From a virus (taxonomy: Duplodnaviria > Caudoviricetes): a DNA stretch of 27,183 nt. This document shows positions 1 through 7,033 of this stretch, piece after piece; position 1 is the first letter of the stretch, and every line of letters begins with the position of its first letter. The notes beneath the pieces were generated by a model that made no database searches, was not told the origin of the DNA, and saw only the letters and a list, made by a program, of their open reading frames with translations. The DNA lies in the IMG/VR virus record IMGVR_UViG_3300033076_001413, positions 1-27,183 of that record. The stretch is one strand, 5' to 3'. The position numbers were made by a program, and so were the translations under genes.

Positions 1-66
1 ACCACCGCATCGCCAACAGCTTTAGAGCCTCGGACACCTGCCGTTGGCTTCGGCGATTTGTTCCAC
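1..66 (-). repeat. attC: attC site (partial, truncated by window start)
   Basis: - strand reads GTGGAAC AAATC GCCGAAGCCAACGGC...; GTTCCACATCA (60-70) is the exact reverse complement of TGATGTGGAAC (441-451). Confidence 0.75.
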
Positions 67-92
67 ATCAACGTCCGAAACTGAAAACAAAT

Positions 93-443
93 ATGAATGA
101 AACAACCGAAAAACTAATCCGTGACCTCGCCGAAAAACTCGGCACAACAGCCGAACACCTGTGGGGTGTCCTCATCCGCCAAGCGCCAATCACTGCTATC
201 ACCGACCTGCTCCAAGTCCTGATACTCGCAGCGGTGTGCGTGTATGGAGGTCGCCGCCTGATGCGATGGCACAAGAAACTGCAAGAATCGGGCGATGCTG
301 ACCATCCAGGATTCGTGCTGACCTACATCGGCTTCGTGGTGCTGCTCTGCATCACAATCATCTGCGCGCTTTGTAGCGTGTCTGGAATAGTGACCGCCTT
401 CAATAACCCGGAATACTGGGCACTCAAGCAAATCGTGAAATGA
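93..443 (+). CDS. Cassette 1 gene: small membrane protein (2 predicted TM helices), phage hypothetical
   Basis: 116 aa ORF with two hydrophobic stretches and C-terminal NPEYWAL; A-rich sequence before the ATG. Confidence 0.8.
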   Translation: MNETTEKLIRDLAEKLGTTAEHLWGVLIRQAPITAITDLLQVLILAAVCVYGGRRLMRWHKKLQESGDADHPGFVLTYIGFVVLLCITIICALCSVSGIVTAFNNPEYWALKQIVK

Positions 444-487
444 TGTGGAACGCCAAGCTCAGCGACGGCGCGAAAACCTATGAGTGA
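443..487 (+). CDS. Putative 14-aa relay mini-ORF (MWNAKLSDGAKTYE) crossing into attC
   Basis: TGATG overlap with the upstream stop at 441-445; its TGA (485-487) lies just past the ATG of the next gene (480). Confidence 0.4.
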   Translation: MWNAKLSDGAKTYE

Positions 488-550
488 CGATTGCAACAAG
501 AGCGCGGAAGTGAACGGCGGCACGCCGTTCGCTGAAGCGCGTGGTTATGC
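445..550 (-). repeat. attC: attC site (106 bp)
   Basis: - strand: R'' GCATAAC, 5-nt spacer, GCTTCAGCGAACGGCG ... CGCCGTCGCTGAGC, spacer TTGGC, R' GTTCCAC; the stem has two extrahelical bases. Confidence 0.9.
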
Positions 551-737
551 CGCACACGTCCGCCGACTCCAAGAGCAGAACCGCCTGCTGGCCGAGTGCC
601 TCGCGGACGAAAGGCGACTCCGCAAGCAAGCCTATGCGTGGTATCAGAAGCGACTCCAAAGCCGCTGGTGGTCACTGATGGATATGGTGCTGCTTTCTGT
701 GCGGCATAACGTCCGAGATGAGCCACGCGGGAAATAA
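480..737 (+). CDS. Cassette 2 gene: hypothetical coiled-coil protein (85 aa)
   Basis: ATG lies in the attC loop (480); TAA lies inside the next attC, 1 nt before the next ATG. Confidence 0.65.
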   Translation: MSDDCNKSAEVNGGTPFAEARGYAAHVRRLQEQNRLLAECLADERRLRKQAYAWYQKRLQSRWWSLMDMVLLSVRHNVRDEPRGK

Positions 738-793
738 TATGAGCACCACCAAAAAAGCAGCGAGCCGCGTTGGCTCTGGGGAGTTGGTTCGGC
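704..793 (-). repeat. attC: attC site (90 bp)
   Basis: - strand: GCCGAAC CAACT CCCCAGAGCCAACGCGG ... CCGCGTGGCTCATCTCGGAC GTTATGC; L boxes somewhat degenerate. Confidence 0.82.
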
Positions 794-972
794 GGCTGTG
801 GCGCGTAGAATTTCAGACGGGGTTTGTGCAATTCGAAAGCGTAATTGCCGACGAAGCATTCGCCCGCCGCTGGGCTTTGAAATCCAAAGGCGCACCGAGC
901 CACGAGCGGATCACAAAAGTCACGAGCGTCGAAGCGCCGCCGAACGACAAGCTGAGAGATGCCGCCACATGA
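739..972 (+). CDS. Cassette 3 gene: hypothetical protein (77 aa)
   Basis: ATG 739 in the attC loop right after TAA 735-737; stop forms an ATGA overlap with the next gene inside the next attC. Confidence 0.65.
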   Translation: MSTTKKAASRVGSGELVRRLWRVEFQTGFVQFESVIADEAFARRWALKSKGAPSHERITKVTSVEAPPNDKLRDAAT

Positions 973-1030
973 ACGCTCCGAATAACGCGCAAGACGCGAT
1001 GGCGGCATTCTCTCCAGCGACTGGTTCGGG
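939..1030 (-). repeat. attC: attC site (92 bp)
   Basis: - strand: R'' CCCGAAC, CAGTC, L'' GCTGGAGA, GAATGCCGCC ... GGCGGCATC, L' TCTCAGC, TTGTC, R' GTTCGGC; extrahelical G and A. Confidence 0.92.
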
Positions 1031-1622
1031 GACGGTCGTAAACAAATTTCGCGTTGATGATGCAAGGGTAGCATGTCCGCTTTTCCAAGCGGAACACGGC
1101 GGTTCGACTCCGACCTCAACGCTCCAATTCCGAATCGTGGAAATCGAGATGCGACGGGCAGCGCAACTGAATCGGCAGTGGCATAGCGTGCTGCCGAAAA
1201 CCTACCTCGCAAACCTCAACGGCAACATCTGCAAGGTCGCGTATGCGGCAGAGTTCGAGGGCGTGGCATACGCGGTGGCAATCTGGACGACTCCAATCGC
1301 GGCAAACCGCATGGCCGATGGGTGGAATGCGCTCGAACTCCGTCGGCTGGCAATCGCTGACGATGCTCCAAAGAACACGGCAAGCCGGATGCTGGCCGTG
1401 ATGACTCGACTGATAAAAGCCAAGTGGCCGCAAATCAATCGGCTTGTCAGCTACCAGGCGGAGAAACACCATGCGGGAACAATCTACAAGGCCGCCGGCT
1501 GGACGAATGCAGCGACTTCGGATGCTAAGACGTGGCATCCTGGCCGGCTGCGTGCGGCACAACAAACCGACTCCGCAAAGGTGCGCTGGGAATACACCCT
1601 GCGCGAGTCCCCGAACAAGTGA
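969..1622 (+). CDS. Cassette 4 gene: Mom-like (XF1762-type, GNAT-fold) DNA adenine hypermodification protein; alternative starts GTG 1137 / ATG 1149
   Basis: Motifs LNRQWH, ELRRLAI.DDAPKN.ASR, LVSY, H.GTIYKAAGW and K.RW are typical of Mom-family proteins. Confidence 0.8.
   Translation: MNAPNNAQDAMAAFSPATGSGTVVNKFRVDDARVACPLFQAEHGGSTPTSTLQFRIVEIEMRRAAQLNRQWHSVLPKTYLANLNGNICKVAYAAEFEGVAYAVAIWTTPIAANRMADGWNALELRRLAIADDAPKNTASRMLAVMTRLIKAKWPQINRLVSYQAEKHHAGTIYKAAGWTNAATSDAKTWHPGRLRAAQQTDSAKVRWEYTLRESPNK
1051..1126 (+). tRNA. Non-canonical tRNA-Gly-like element (8-nt anticodon loop, bulged T-stem, encoded CCA)
   Basis: Acceptor GCGTTGA/TCAACGC, D-stem ATGC/GCAT, anticodon stem TCCGC/GCGGA with loop TTTTCCAA, T-arm GGCGG-TTCGACT-CCG(A)CC, discriminator T + CCA. 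Confidence 0.8.
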
Positions 1623-1628
1623 TTAGGC
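1610..1628 (-). other. attI: attI core site
   Basis: - strand GCCTAAT-CACTT-GTTCGGG = L box, 5-nt spacer, R box. GTCCCCGAAC (1607-1616) is the reverse complement of GTTCGGGGAC (1024-1033), yet no attC hairpin follows. Confidence 0.8.
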
Positions 1629-1644
1629 AACCACTCATTGCTAT

Positions 1645-2595
1645 ATGAAACAAAGCCAAGCGATTGATAAGTTCCGTGATTACATGCGGTTGAAACATTT
1701 GGCGCTGTCCACGGAGCAGAGCTATCTGGCGTGGCTGGCGCGGTATATGCGCTTTCTGGCAGGGGAGGCGGTGGAGGGCATGACGGGAGAGCAGAAGGTG
1801 GAGGCGTTTCTGTCGCACTTGGCGCGGCAGGATGTTTCGGCGTCGACGCAGAATCAGGCGTTTAATGCGCTGGTGATGTTTTATCGGGAGATCGTGGGGC
1901 AACCGTTGGCGCGGATTGATGCGTTGCGGGCCAACAAGCCGGTGACGTTGCGCGAGTCGCCAAGCCGGGAAGAGGTGCGGGCATTGCTGGCCAACGTCAA
2001 GGATGTGCATGGGTATCCGACGCGGTTGATCACTCATCTGATTTACGGGTGCGGGCTGCGGGTCACGGAACCATGCAATTTGCGGGTCAAGGATGTGGAG
2101 TTGCAGAATCAACGGCTCGTCATTCGCGGAGCCAAGGGGGGCAAGGATCGCGTGGTGCCGTTGCCGTGCTCGTTGCACGCCGGTCTGCGGGATGCGTTGG
2201 AGGCGGCAAAGGTGGTGTGGAAACAGGACGTGAAGGACGGTTTGCCGCTGCAATTGCCGGGACTGTTGGCCAAGAAGTATCCGCAAAGCCGGTTCGCGTG
2301 GAAATGGGCGTGGGTGTTCCCTCAAAAGTCGGCGTGTGAACATCCGCGAACGGGTGAGTTGGTGCGGTATCGGCTGCACGAAGCCAACGTGCAATTGGCT
2401 ATTCGGAGGGCGAGCGGCGGGAACATCAAGCCGCACGAGTTGCGACACGCCTACGCGACGCATTGCTTGAATCAGGGCACGAATCCGCGCGCTATCCAGC
2501 AGGCGATGGGGCACAAGTCTTTGGAAACGACGATGGGGTATCTACACGCGGAGGCGATGAGCGTCCGGAGTCCGTTGGAGGTAGTGAACGTATGA
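1645..2595 (+). CDS. intI: Integron integrase (tyrosine recombinase)
   Basis: N-terminal STQNQAFNAL, YGCGLRVTE, KGGKDR, integron-specific insertion LPGLLAKKYP...WAWVFP, HELRH, GHKSLETTMGY. Confidence 0.95.
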   Translation: MKQSQAIDKFRDYMRLKHLALSTEQSYLAWLARYMRFLAGEAVEGMTGEQKVEAFLSHLARQDVSASTQNQAFNALVMFYREIVGQPLARIDALRANKPVTLRESPSREEVRALLANVKDVHGYPTRLITHLIYGCGLRVTEPCNLRVKDVELQNQRLVIRGAKGGKDRVVPLPCSLHAGLRDALEAAKVVWKQDVKDGLPLQLPGLLAKKYPQSRFAWKWAWVFPQKSACEHPRTGELVRYRLHEANVQLAIRRASGGNIKPHELRHAYATHCLNQGTNPRAIQQAMGHKSLETTMGYLHAEAMSVRSPLEVVNV

Positions 2596-3770
2596 GCACG
2601 GCGATGCGCTACAAGGACGCCAATGAATGTTTGCAGGCGGGGGTGCCGGTGGAGGTGATGACGGCGTGTCTGCACAATGCCGAGGTCATCACGCCGGAAC
2701 GGTTGCGCGGCATCTACGATTTCGAGCAGGAGATTTGGGAGAAGTTTCACAGCACGGGCCGGGAGCAATTGGGTTACGTGTTGCCGTGGGGCAATTCCCA
2801 CAACAGCAGTCTGCCGTTCCGGTTTCGCATGGGCGAGGTGACGGTGTGGACGGGGCACAACGGCCACGGCAAGAGCCAGGTGTTGAACCATGTGATCGTG
2901 GATCTGGCGTGGCAAGGGTTGCGCTCGCTCATTTGCAGTTTTGAGATGAGCGCACCGGAGACGTATCGGCGGCTCATCCGCATGGTGCGCGCGGAGGCGA
3001 AGCCGGCGGAATGTTCGCGCGAGGAATTCCGGGCGCGATGCCTCACGCCCCTTTCGGACAAGGTGTGGGTTTACGATCATGTGGGCATGGCGGAACTGGT
3101 GGACGTGCTGGACATCGCCCGCTACGCGCGGCGCCGTTACAACGTGCGGATCGTGGTGATCGATTCCCTGATGTGCCTGAAGGTGCTGAGTGACGAGGAC
3201 AAATACACGGAGCAAAAGAACTTCATGAACGCGCTGACGAGCTTCGCGGCGGAGAACCAGATGCATCTCATCCTCGTGGCGCATTCCAAGAAGCTCGATG
3301 TGAAGGGGAACAAGGAACATCACATCCCGCGCAAGTATGACATCGCGGGCAGTGCGGACATTTCCAACCTCGCGTGGAACGTGTGCATCATCTGGCGCAA
3401 CAAGAAGAAGGAGGAACGCTTGCGCGAGCTGTGGGACGAATGCGCGTTGCGCGCGGGCAAAAGCAGCCACGCCATGACGCCGGAGGATTTCAACAAGAAC
3501 TACACGATGGAGGAGAAGGAGGAGATCGAGCAGTTGTTGGGCGATAAGGATGCGTATTTCCTCGTGGACAAACAGCGCGGCGGCGAGGGCGATGAGCTGG
3601 GGCGCAACCTGTGGTTTCACAAGAACAGTTTGCAATATCTGGAACAGCCGTATCACAAGGGCGGGCGTCCCTCGAAATACTGGCAGATGAAGGTGGCGCT
3701 GAACGAGGGCGAGGAATTGGAACGGGCCGGCGCGGAGCCGGTGTTTGAGACGGGGGAAGGGGCGTTGTAG
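2592..3770 (+). CDS. SF4 replicative helicase (T7 gp4/Twinkle-like) lacking most of the primase domain
   Basis: Walker A TGHNGHGKS, Walker B VVIDSL, LVAH, DIAGSADISN; N-terminal KDANE; ATGA overlap with the intI stop. Confidence 0.88.
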   Translation: MSTAMRYKDANECLQAGVPVEVMTACLHNAEVITPERLRGIYDFEQEIWEKFHSTGREQLGYVLPWGNSHNSSLPFRFRMGEVTVWTGHNGHGKSQVLNHVIVDLAWQGLRSLICSFEMSAPETYRRLIRMVRAEAKPAECSREEFRARCLTPLSDKVWVYDHVGMAELVDVLDIARYARRRYNVRIVVIDSLMCLKVLSDEDKYTEQKNFMNALTSFAAENQMHLILVAHSKKLDVKGNKEHHIPRKYDIAGSADISNLAWNVCIIWRNKKKEERLRELWDECALRAGKSSHAMTPEDFNKNYTMEEKEEIEQLLGDKDAYFLVDKQRGGEGDELGRNLWFHKNSLQYLEQPYHKGGRPSKYWQMKVALNEGEELERAGAEPVFETGEGAL

Positions 3771-3807
3771 GCCACAGGGAACACAGAGAACACGGAGAAC
3801 TGAAACG

Positions 3808-3999
3808 ATGAAGACGATGCGATATACGACGAGGGAGGGGAAGGTTTGGACGGTCACGGAGTGTGCGCCGCTGGCGATGCACCCCGGTTTCTGGCTCGGG
3901 TTCCGTCAGCCGGACGGGCAACAGGTGCTGATTCATGAGCATCGGGCGGTGGAGGTGCGGGGACAGGAACAGAAGGAAACGAAGGAAGCAAAGGTATGA
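3808..3999 (+). CDS. Hypothetical protein (63 aa)
   Basis: Short ORF whose stop overlaps the next ATG (ATGA). Confidence 0.55.
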   Translation: MKTMRYTTREGKVWTVTECAPLAMHPGFWLGFRQPDGQQVLIHEHRAVEVRGQEQKETKEAKV

Positions 4000-4622
4000 A
4001 GGAACGACCGATTTTGTTTAGTGGACCGATGGTGCGGGCGATTCTGGAGGGACGGAAGACGCAGACGCGGCGCATCGTGAAACCGCAGCCGGTGGAAACG
4101 GAGTGGCGCAGAATTGCGTGTCCCTACGGGCAGCCGGGGGATCGGTTGTGGGTGAAGGAGACGTTTGCGACCAAGCAAGTCAAGGGACTGACCATTGCCT
4201 CAACCAAACCCAATGATCCGGAGGCGGAAATGTTAGCCAGGGCAACGCATCGTTTTCGAGCGTATCGAGCTGACCAGTGGGAAAATGACGAGGTGCCAGA
4301 GGGGATGACGTGGCGTCCGTCCATCTACATGCCGCGGTGGGCGTCGCGGTTGACGCTGGCAATTGTGCGGGTGCGCGTGGAGCGGTTGCAGGACATCACG
4401 GAGGAGGATGCCATTGCTGAAGGAAGCCAAGAACCGGCGCTGGTTCCGATTGTCGGAGCGTGCCTTACGGAGCGAGCGGTTTACGCCAAGCTGTGGGAGG
4501 CCATCAACGGCGCGGGCTCGTGGGCGCTGAATCCGTGGGTGTGGGTGGTGGAGTTTAAGAGGGTGGAGCGGGAGGAGACGCGGGGACGCGGGGACGCGGA
4601 GAGGGAGGAGCGGGCGCGATGA
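3996..4622 (+). CDS. ASCH/PUA-like conserved phage protein
   Basis: MKERPILFSGPMVRAILEGRKTQTRR, CPYGQPGDRLWV, WRPSI.MPRWASR, VERLQDI, NPWVWV.EF. Confidence 0.85.
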   Translation: MKERPILFSGPMVRAILEGRKTQTRRIVKPQPVETEWRRIACPYGQPGDRLWVKETFATKQVKGLTIASTKPNDPEAEMLARATHRFRAYRADQWENDEVPEGMTWRPSIYMPRWASRLTLAIVRVRVERLQDITEEDAIAEGSQEPALVPIVGACLTERAVYAKLWEAINGAGSWALNPWVWVVEFKRVEREETRGRGDAEREERAR

Positions 4623-4987
4623 AATCGATTGAACAGTTTCCGGGCGACGAGATGGAGCTGCGGCAGCGGTTGCCGGAGTTCAAGGAGGAAACGCGGGATG
4701 CGCTCATCCGCTGGGGTGAGGTGCAGCCGGGCGCCTTGCCGTGGTTGCTGAAGCGGAGCGCGAAGTATTGGGAGCACTTAAGCATCGCCCAACGGCAACA
4801 CGCCGCGGATGGCTGGAGCTTGGTGTGCGATGCGACGGCGGCGCTGGATTTGTTGCGCTGGCGGATTGAGGCGAAGGATGACCGCGCGGCGGTGCAACAT
4901 CTCACGGCGCCGGAATTCACCTCACCCCGGCCCTCTCCCCATGCTGCGCACGCGGAGAGGGAAAAAAACCTGAAACCTGTCCCCTGA
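4619..4987 (+). CDS. Hypothetical protein
   Basis: 122 aa ORF with ATGA coupling; no recognised motif. Confidence 0.6.
   Translation: MKSIEQFPGDEMELRQRLPEFKEETRDALIRWGEVQPGALPWLLKRSAKYWEHLSIAQRQHAADGWSLVCDATAALDLLRWRIEAKDDRAAVQHLTAPEFTSPRPSPHAAHAEREKNLKPVP
4920..4961. repeat. REP-like hairpin (CCTCACCCCGGCCCTCTCC...GGAGAGGG type)
   Basis: CCCTCTCC / GGAGAGGG inverted repeat with the typical CCTCACCCCGG leader. Confidence 0.6.
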
Positions 4988-5004
4988 CTCCTGCCGCCTG
5001 ACCC

Positions 5005-5940
5005 ATGTTTCGCCCGACACCACATCCCGTTTTGCGAGTGCCGACGCCGGAGGAGATGGCGCGCATGGACGCGGCGGCGTTGCGCCAGGGGCTCATCGAG
5101 CGCGAGCAACGCATCAAGCGCGAACAGGCGGACCCCGGCCGGTTCTGCATCGAGCCGCCGGTGTGGCAGGTGTGCGATGCGATTCTCGGGTTCGACTGGG
5201 TGCCGTTGGAGACGGCGGACCGCATCCGCCATAAGTTCGGGTTCAAGAAGCCGAAGGATGTGTTGCTCATCAACGGCGGGAATCGTGGCGGCAAGACGCA
5301 TTACGCGGCCACACGCGTGATGAAGGTGCTGCGACGCAAGCCCGCGGCGCGCGCGTGGTGCTGCCACAGCACGCAGACGATGAGCATCCAGTATCATCAC
5401 GCCTTGCTCTACCAGATGCTGCCGCCGGAATGGCGCGGGGCGGATGTGCGCTCGAAGACGGCTTACATCGCCTACAAGCAGAAGACGGGCTTCAGTGAAG
5501 GCAAGTTTGTGTTGCCGCCCATGGACGGCGCCGCGCGCGGGAGTGAATGCGAATTCAAGAGTTACGACCAGAACATCGAGACGATCGAGGGCGGTAACTT
5601 GGACATCATTTGGGATGACGAGCTGGTGCCGCCGGACTGGGTGGAGACGCAGGAATTCCGCATCGCCGAGCGCAACGGCAAAATCATCATCACGTTCACG
5701 CCGATCAAGGGTTACAGCGCCACGGTGAAGCTTTTCCAGGACGGTGCGCGGGTGTGCGCGGAAAGCATCGGGTATCTGCTGCCCAAGGATGGCGGGCCGC
5801 CGGATGTGGCGCGGGCCTTAGGGCTCACGGAGGAGCAGTTGGCGGAATTGTATGCGGCCGAGCAGGGCGAGGAACTGGATGGCAAACGCGTGGTGCGCGC
5901 GGCCAGTGCGCCGCAAAGCGTGCCGGAGAGGTTTGTGTGA
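5005..5940 (+). CDS. terL: Terminase large subunit, N-terminal ATPase part
   Basis: Walker A GGNRGGKT, Walker B IIWDDE, coupling motif ITFTP. Confidence 0.88.
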   Translation: MFRPTPHPVLRVPTPEEMARMDAAALRQGLIEREQRIKREQADPGRFCIEPPVWQVCDAILGFDWVPLETADRIRHKFGFKKPKDVLLINGGNRGGKTHYAATRVMKVLRRKPAARAWCCHSTQTMSIQYHHALLYQMLPPEWRGADVRSKTAYIAYKQKTGFSEGKFVLPPMDGAARGSECEFKSYDQNIETIEGGNLDIIWDDELVPPDWVETQEFRIAERNGKIIITFTPIKGYSATVKLFQDGARVCAESIGYLLPKDGGPPDVARALGLTEEQLAELYAAEQGEELDGKRVVRAASAPQSVPERFV

Positions 5941-5980
5941 GGAGGGGAAGTTGAGAGCATTGGAGTTGAAAGTTGAGAGT

Positions 5981-6991
5981 ATGAAACGCGAATTTGAACG
6001 GGTGCCGAGGGTGTTGGAATCGGCGTGCGAGGGGAATAACCGCGCTGTCGTGTTCTTCCACAGCGCGGATAATCCGTATGGGAACCCCAAGGGCGTGGCG
6101 GCGAAGGTGCTGAACCGATCGATTGAAGGACGGCGCGAACGGTTCTACGGCATCGCGCACAAGTTGCAGTCCTCGCGCTTCCCGAAGTTCAACGAGAAGG
6201 TGCATGTCATCCGGCCCGAGCTGATCCCCGGTCCCAAGGACGGCACGGACCGGCTGGTGGTGGACCCGGCGGCGCGCAATTTCTTCATGGCATGGTTCCG
6301 GCACACGGCGGAGGCGATCTACATCTATCGCGAGTGGCCGGGCAGTTACTACATTGATGGCGTGGGCGTGCCCGGACCGTGGGCGTTGCCGGATGGCAAG
6401 AAGCCGGACGGCCGCCCAGGACCTGCGCAAAAATCGTTCGGCTGGGGTTACCTGCGTTACAAGGAGGAGATTGCCAAACTGGAAGGTTGGAACGATGCGA
6501 AGAAGGAAAAGCCGGCGGAAATGAGTCACGCCGACTGGGTGCGCGCGTGGGAGAGCTACAACGGCGCCGATCAACCGGTGTATGAGCGGTTCATTGACTC
6601 GCGTTTCGCCAGTGAGCCGCGCATGGAACAGGACCGGCCCACCACGATGCTGACGGATTTCGAGGACATCGGAGTGATCTTCCATCCCACCGTGGGCGGG
6701 GATTCGCGCGAGAGCATCAATGAAGGGGTGCAGAAGATTAACGACGCGCTGGATTACGACGAGGATCGGCCGGTGGATTATTTCAACCGGCCGAAGCTCT
6801 ACATCTCCAGCGAGTGCCAGAACATCATTTTCGCGATGAGCACCTGGACGGGCACGAGCGAGGAGGGCAAGACGAACATGACGGGGGCGACGAAGGACCC
6901 GATCGACGTGGTGCGGTATTACTTTCTGGCCGGGTGCGATTACGTGGGGCCGGGCGACATGGAGGCGACGGGCGGGGGGCATTACTTGTGA
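5981..6991 (+). CDS. terL: Terminase large subunit, C-terminal part (end of ATPase + RNase H-like nuclease)
   Basis: FFHSADNPY, R.YG, VVDPA.RN, IYREWP, FIDSRF, KDPIDVVRY; different frame from the upstream half. Confidence 0.85.
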   Translation: MKREFERVPRVLESACEGNNRAVVFFHSADNPYGNPKGVAAKVLNRSIEGRRERFYGIAHKLQSSRFPKFNEKVHVIRPELIPGPKDGTDRLVVDPAARNFFMAWFRHTAEAIYIYREWPGSYYIDGVGVPGPWALPDGKKPDGRPGPAQKSFGWGYLRYKEEIAKLEGWNDAKKEKPAEMSHADWVRAWESYNGADQPVYERFIDSRFASEPRMEQDRPTTMLTDFEDIGVIFHPTVGGDSRESINEGVQKINDALDYDEDRPVDYFNRPKLYISSECQNIIFAMSTWTGTSEEGKTNMTGATKDPIDVVRYYFLAGCDYVGPGDMEATGGGHYL

Positions 6992-7033
6992 GGATTTAAC
7001 CGCGAAACACGCTAAACACACGAAAGGACAAGA

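Larger units (their letters stand above)
1..2595. mobile_element. Integron (intI + attI + at least 4 cassettes), array continues beyond the left edge
   Basis: IntI-type integrase with attI core just upstream and tandem attC sites on the opposite strand; each cassette body is bounded by perfectly complementary R''/R' sequences of 10-13 bp. Confidence 0.92.

Noticed and set aside
798-968. Longer N-terminus (274 aa) for the Mom-like ORF
   Set aside because: It would span two cassettes; the ATGA overlap at 969 is a better start
1-1030. CRISPR array or terminators as an explanation for the spaced hairpins
   Set aside because: The hairpins differ in sequence, have attC R/L box architecture and enclose gene-sized units
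1622-1645. LexA box or sigma70 promoter for intI
   Set aside because: No CTGT-N8-ACAG or convincing -35/-10 is present, and the space is too short
2463-2591. 435-aa helicase start inside intI
   Set aside because: It overlaps the intI catalytic region; ATG 2592 is coupled to the intI stop
1645-2595. Ordinary prophage integrase or XerC/D marking a prophage end
   Set aside because: It carries the IntI-specific insertion and adjacent attI/attC sites; no attL/attR or host genes are visible
4619-4987. Small terminase subunit call
   Set aside because: Only position supports it; no HTH or TerS-like motif was recognised
5850-5945. The 8-nt-loop tRNA acting as a +1 (GGAA quadruplet) suppressor that rejoins the split terminase
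   Set aside because: There is no in-frame GGA-A codon in the overlap region before the TGA at 5938-5940
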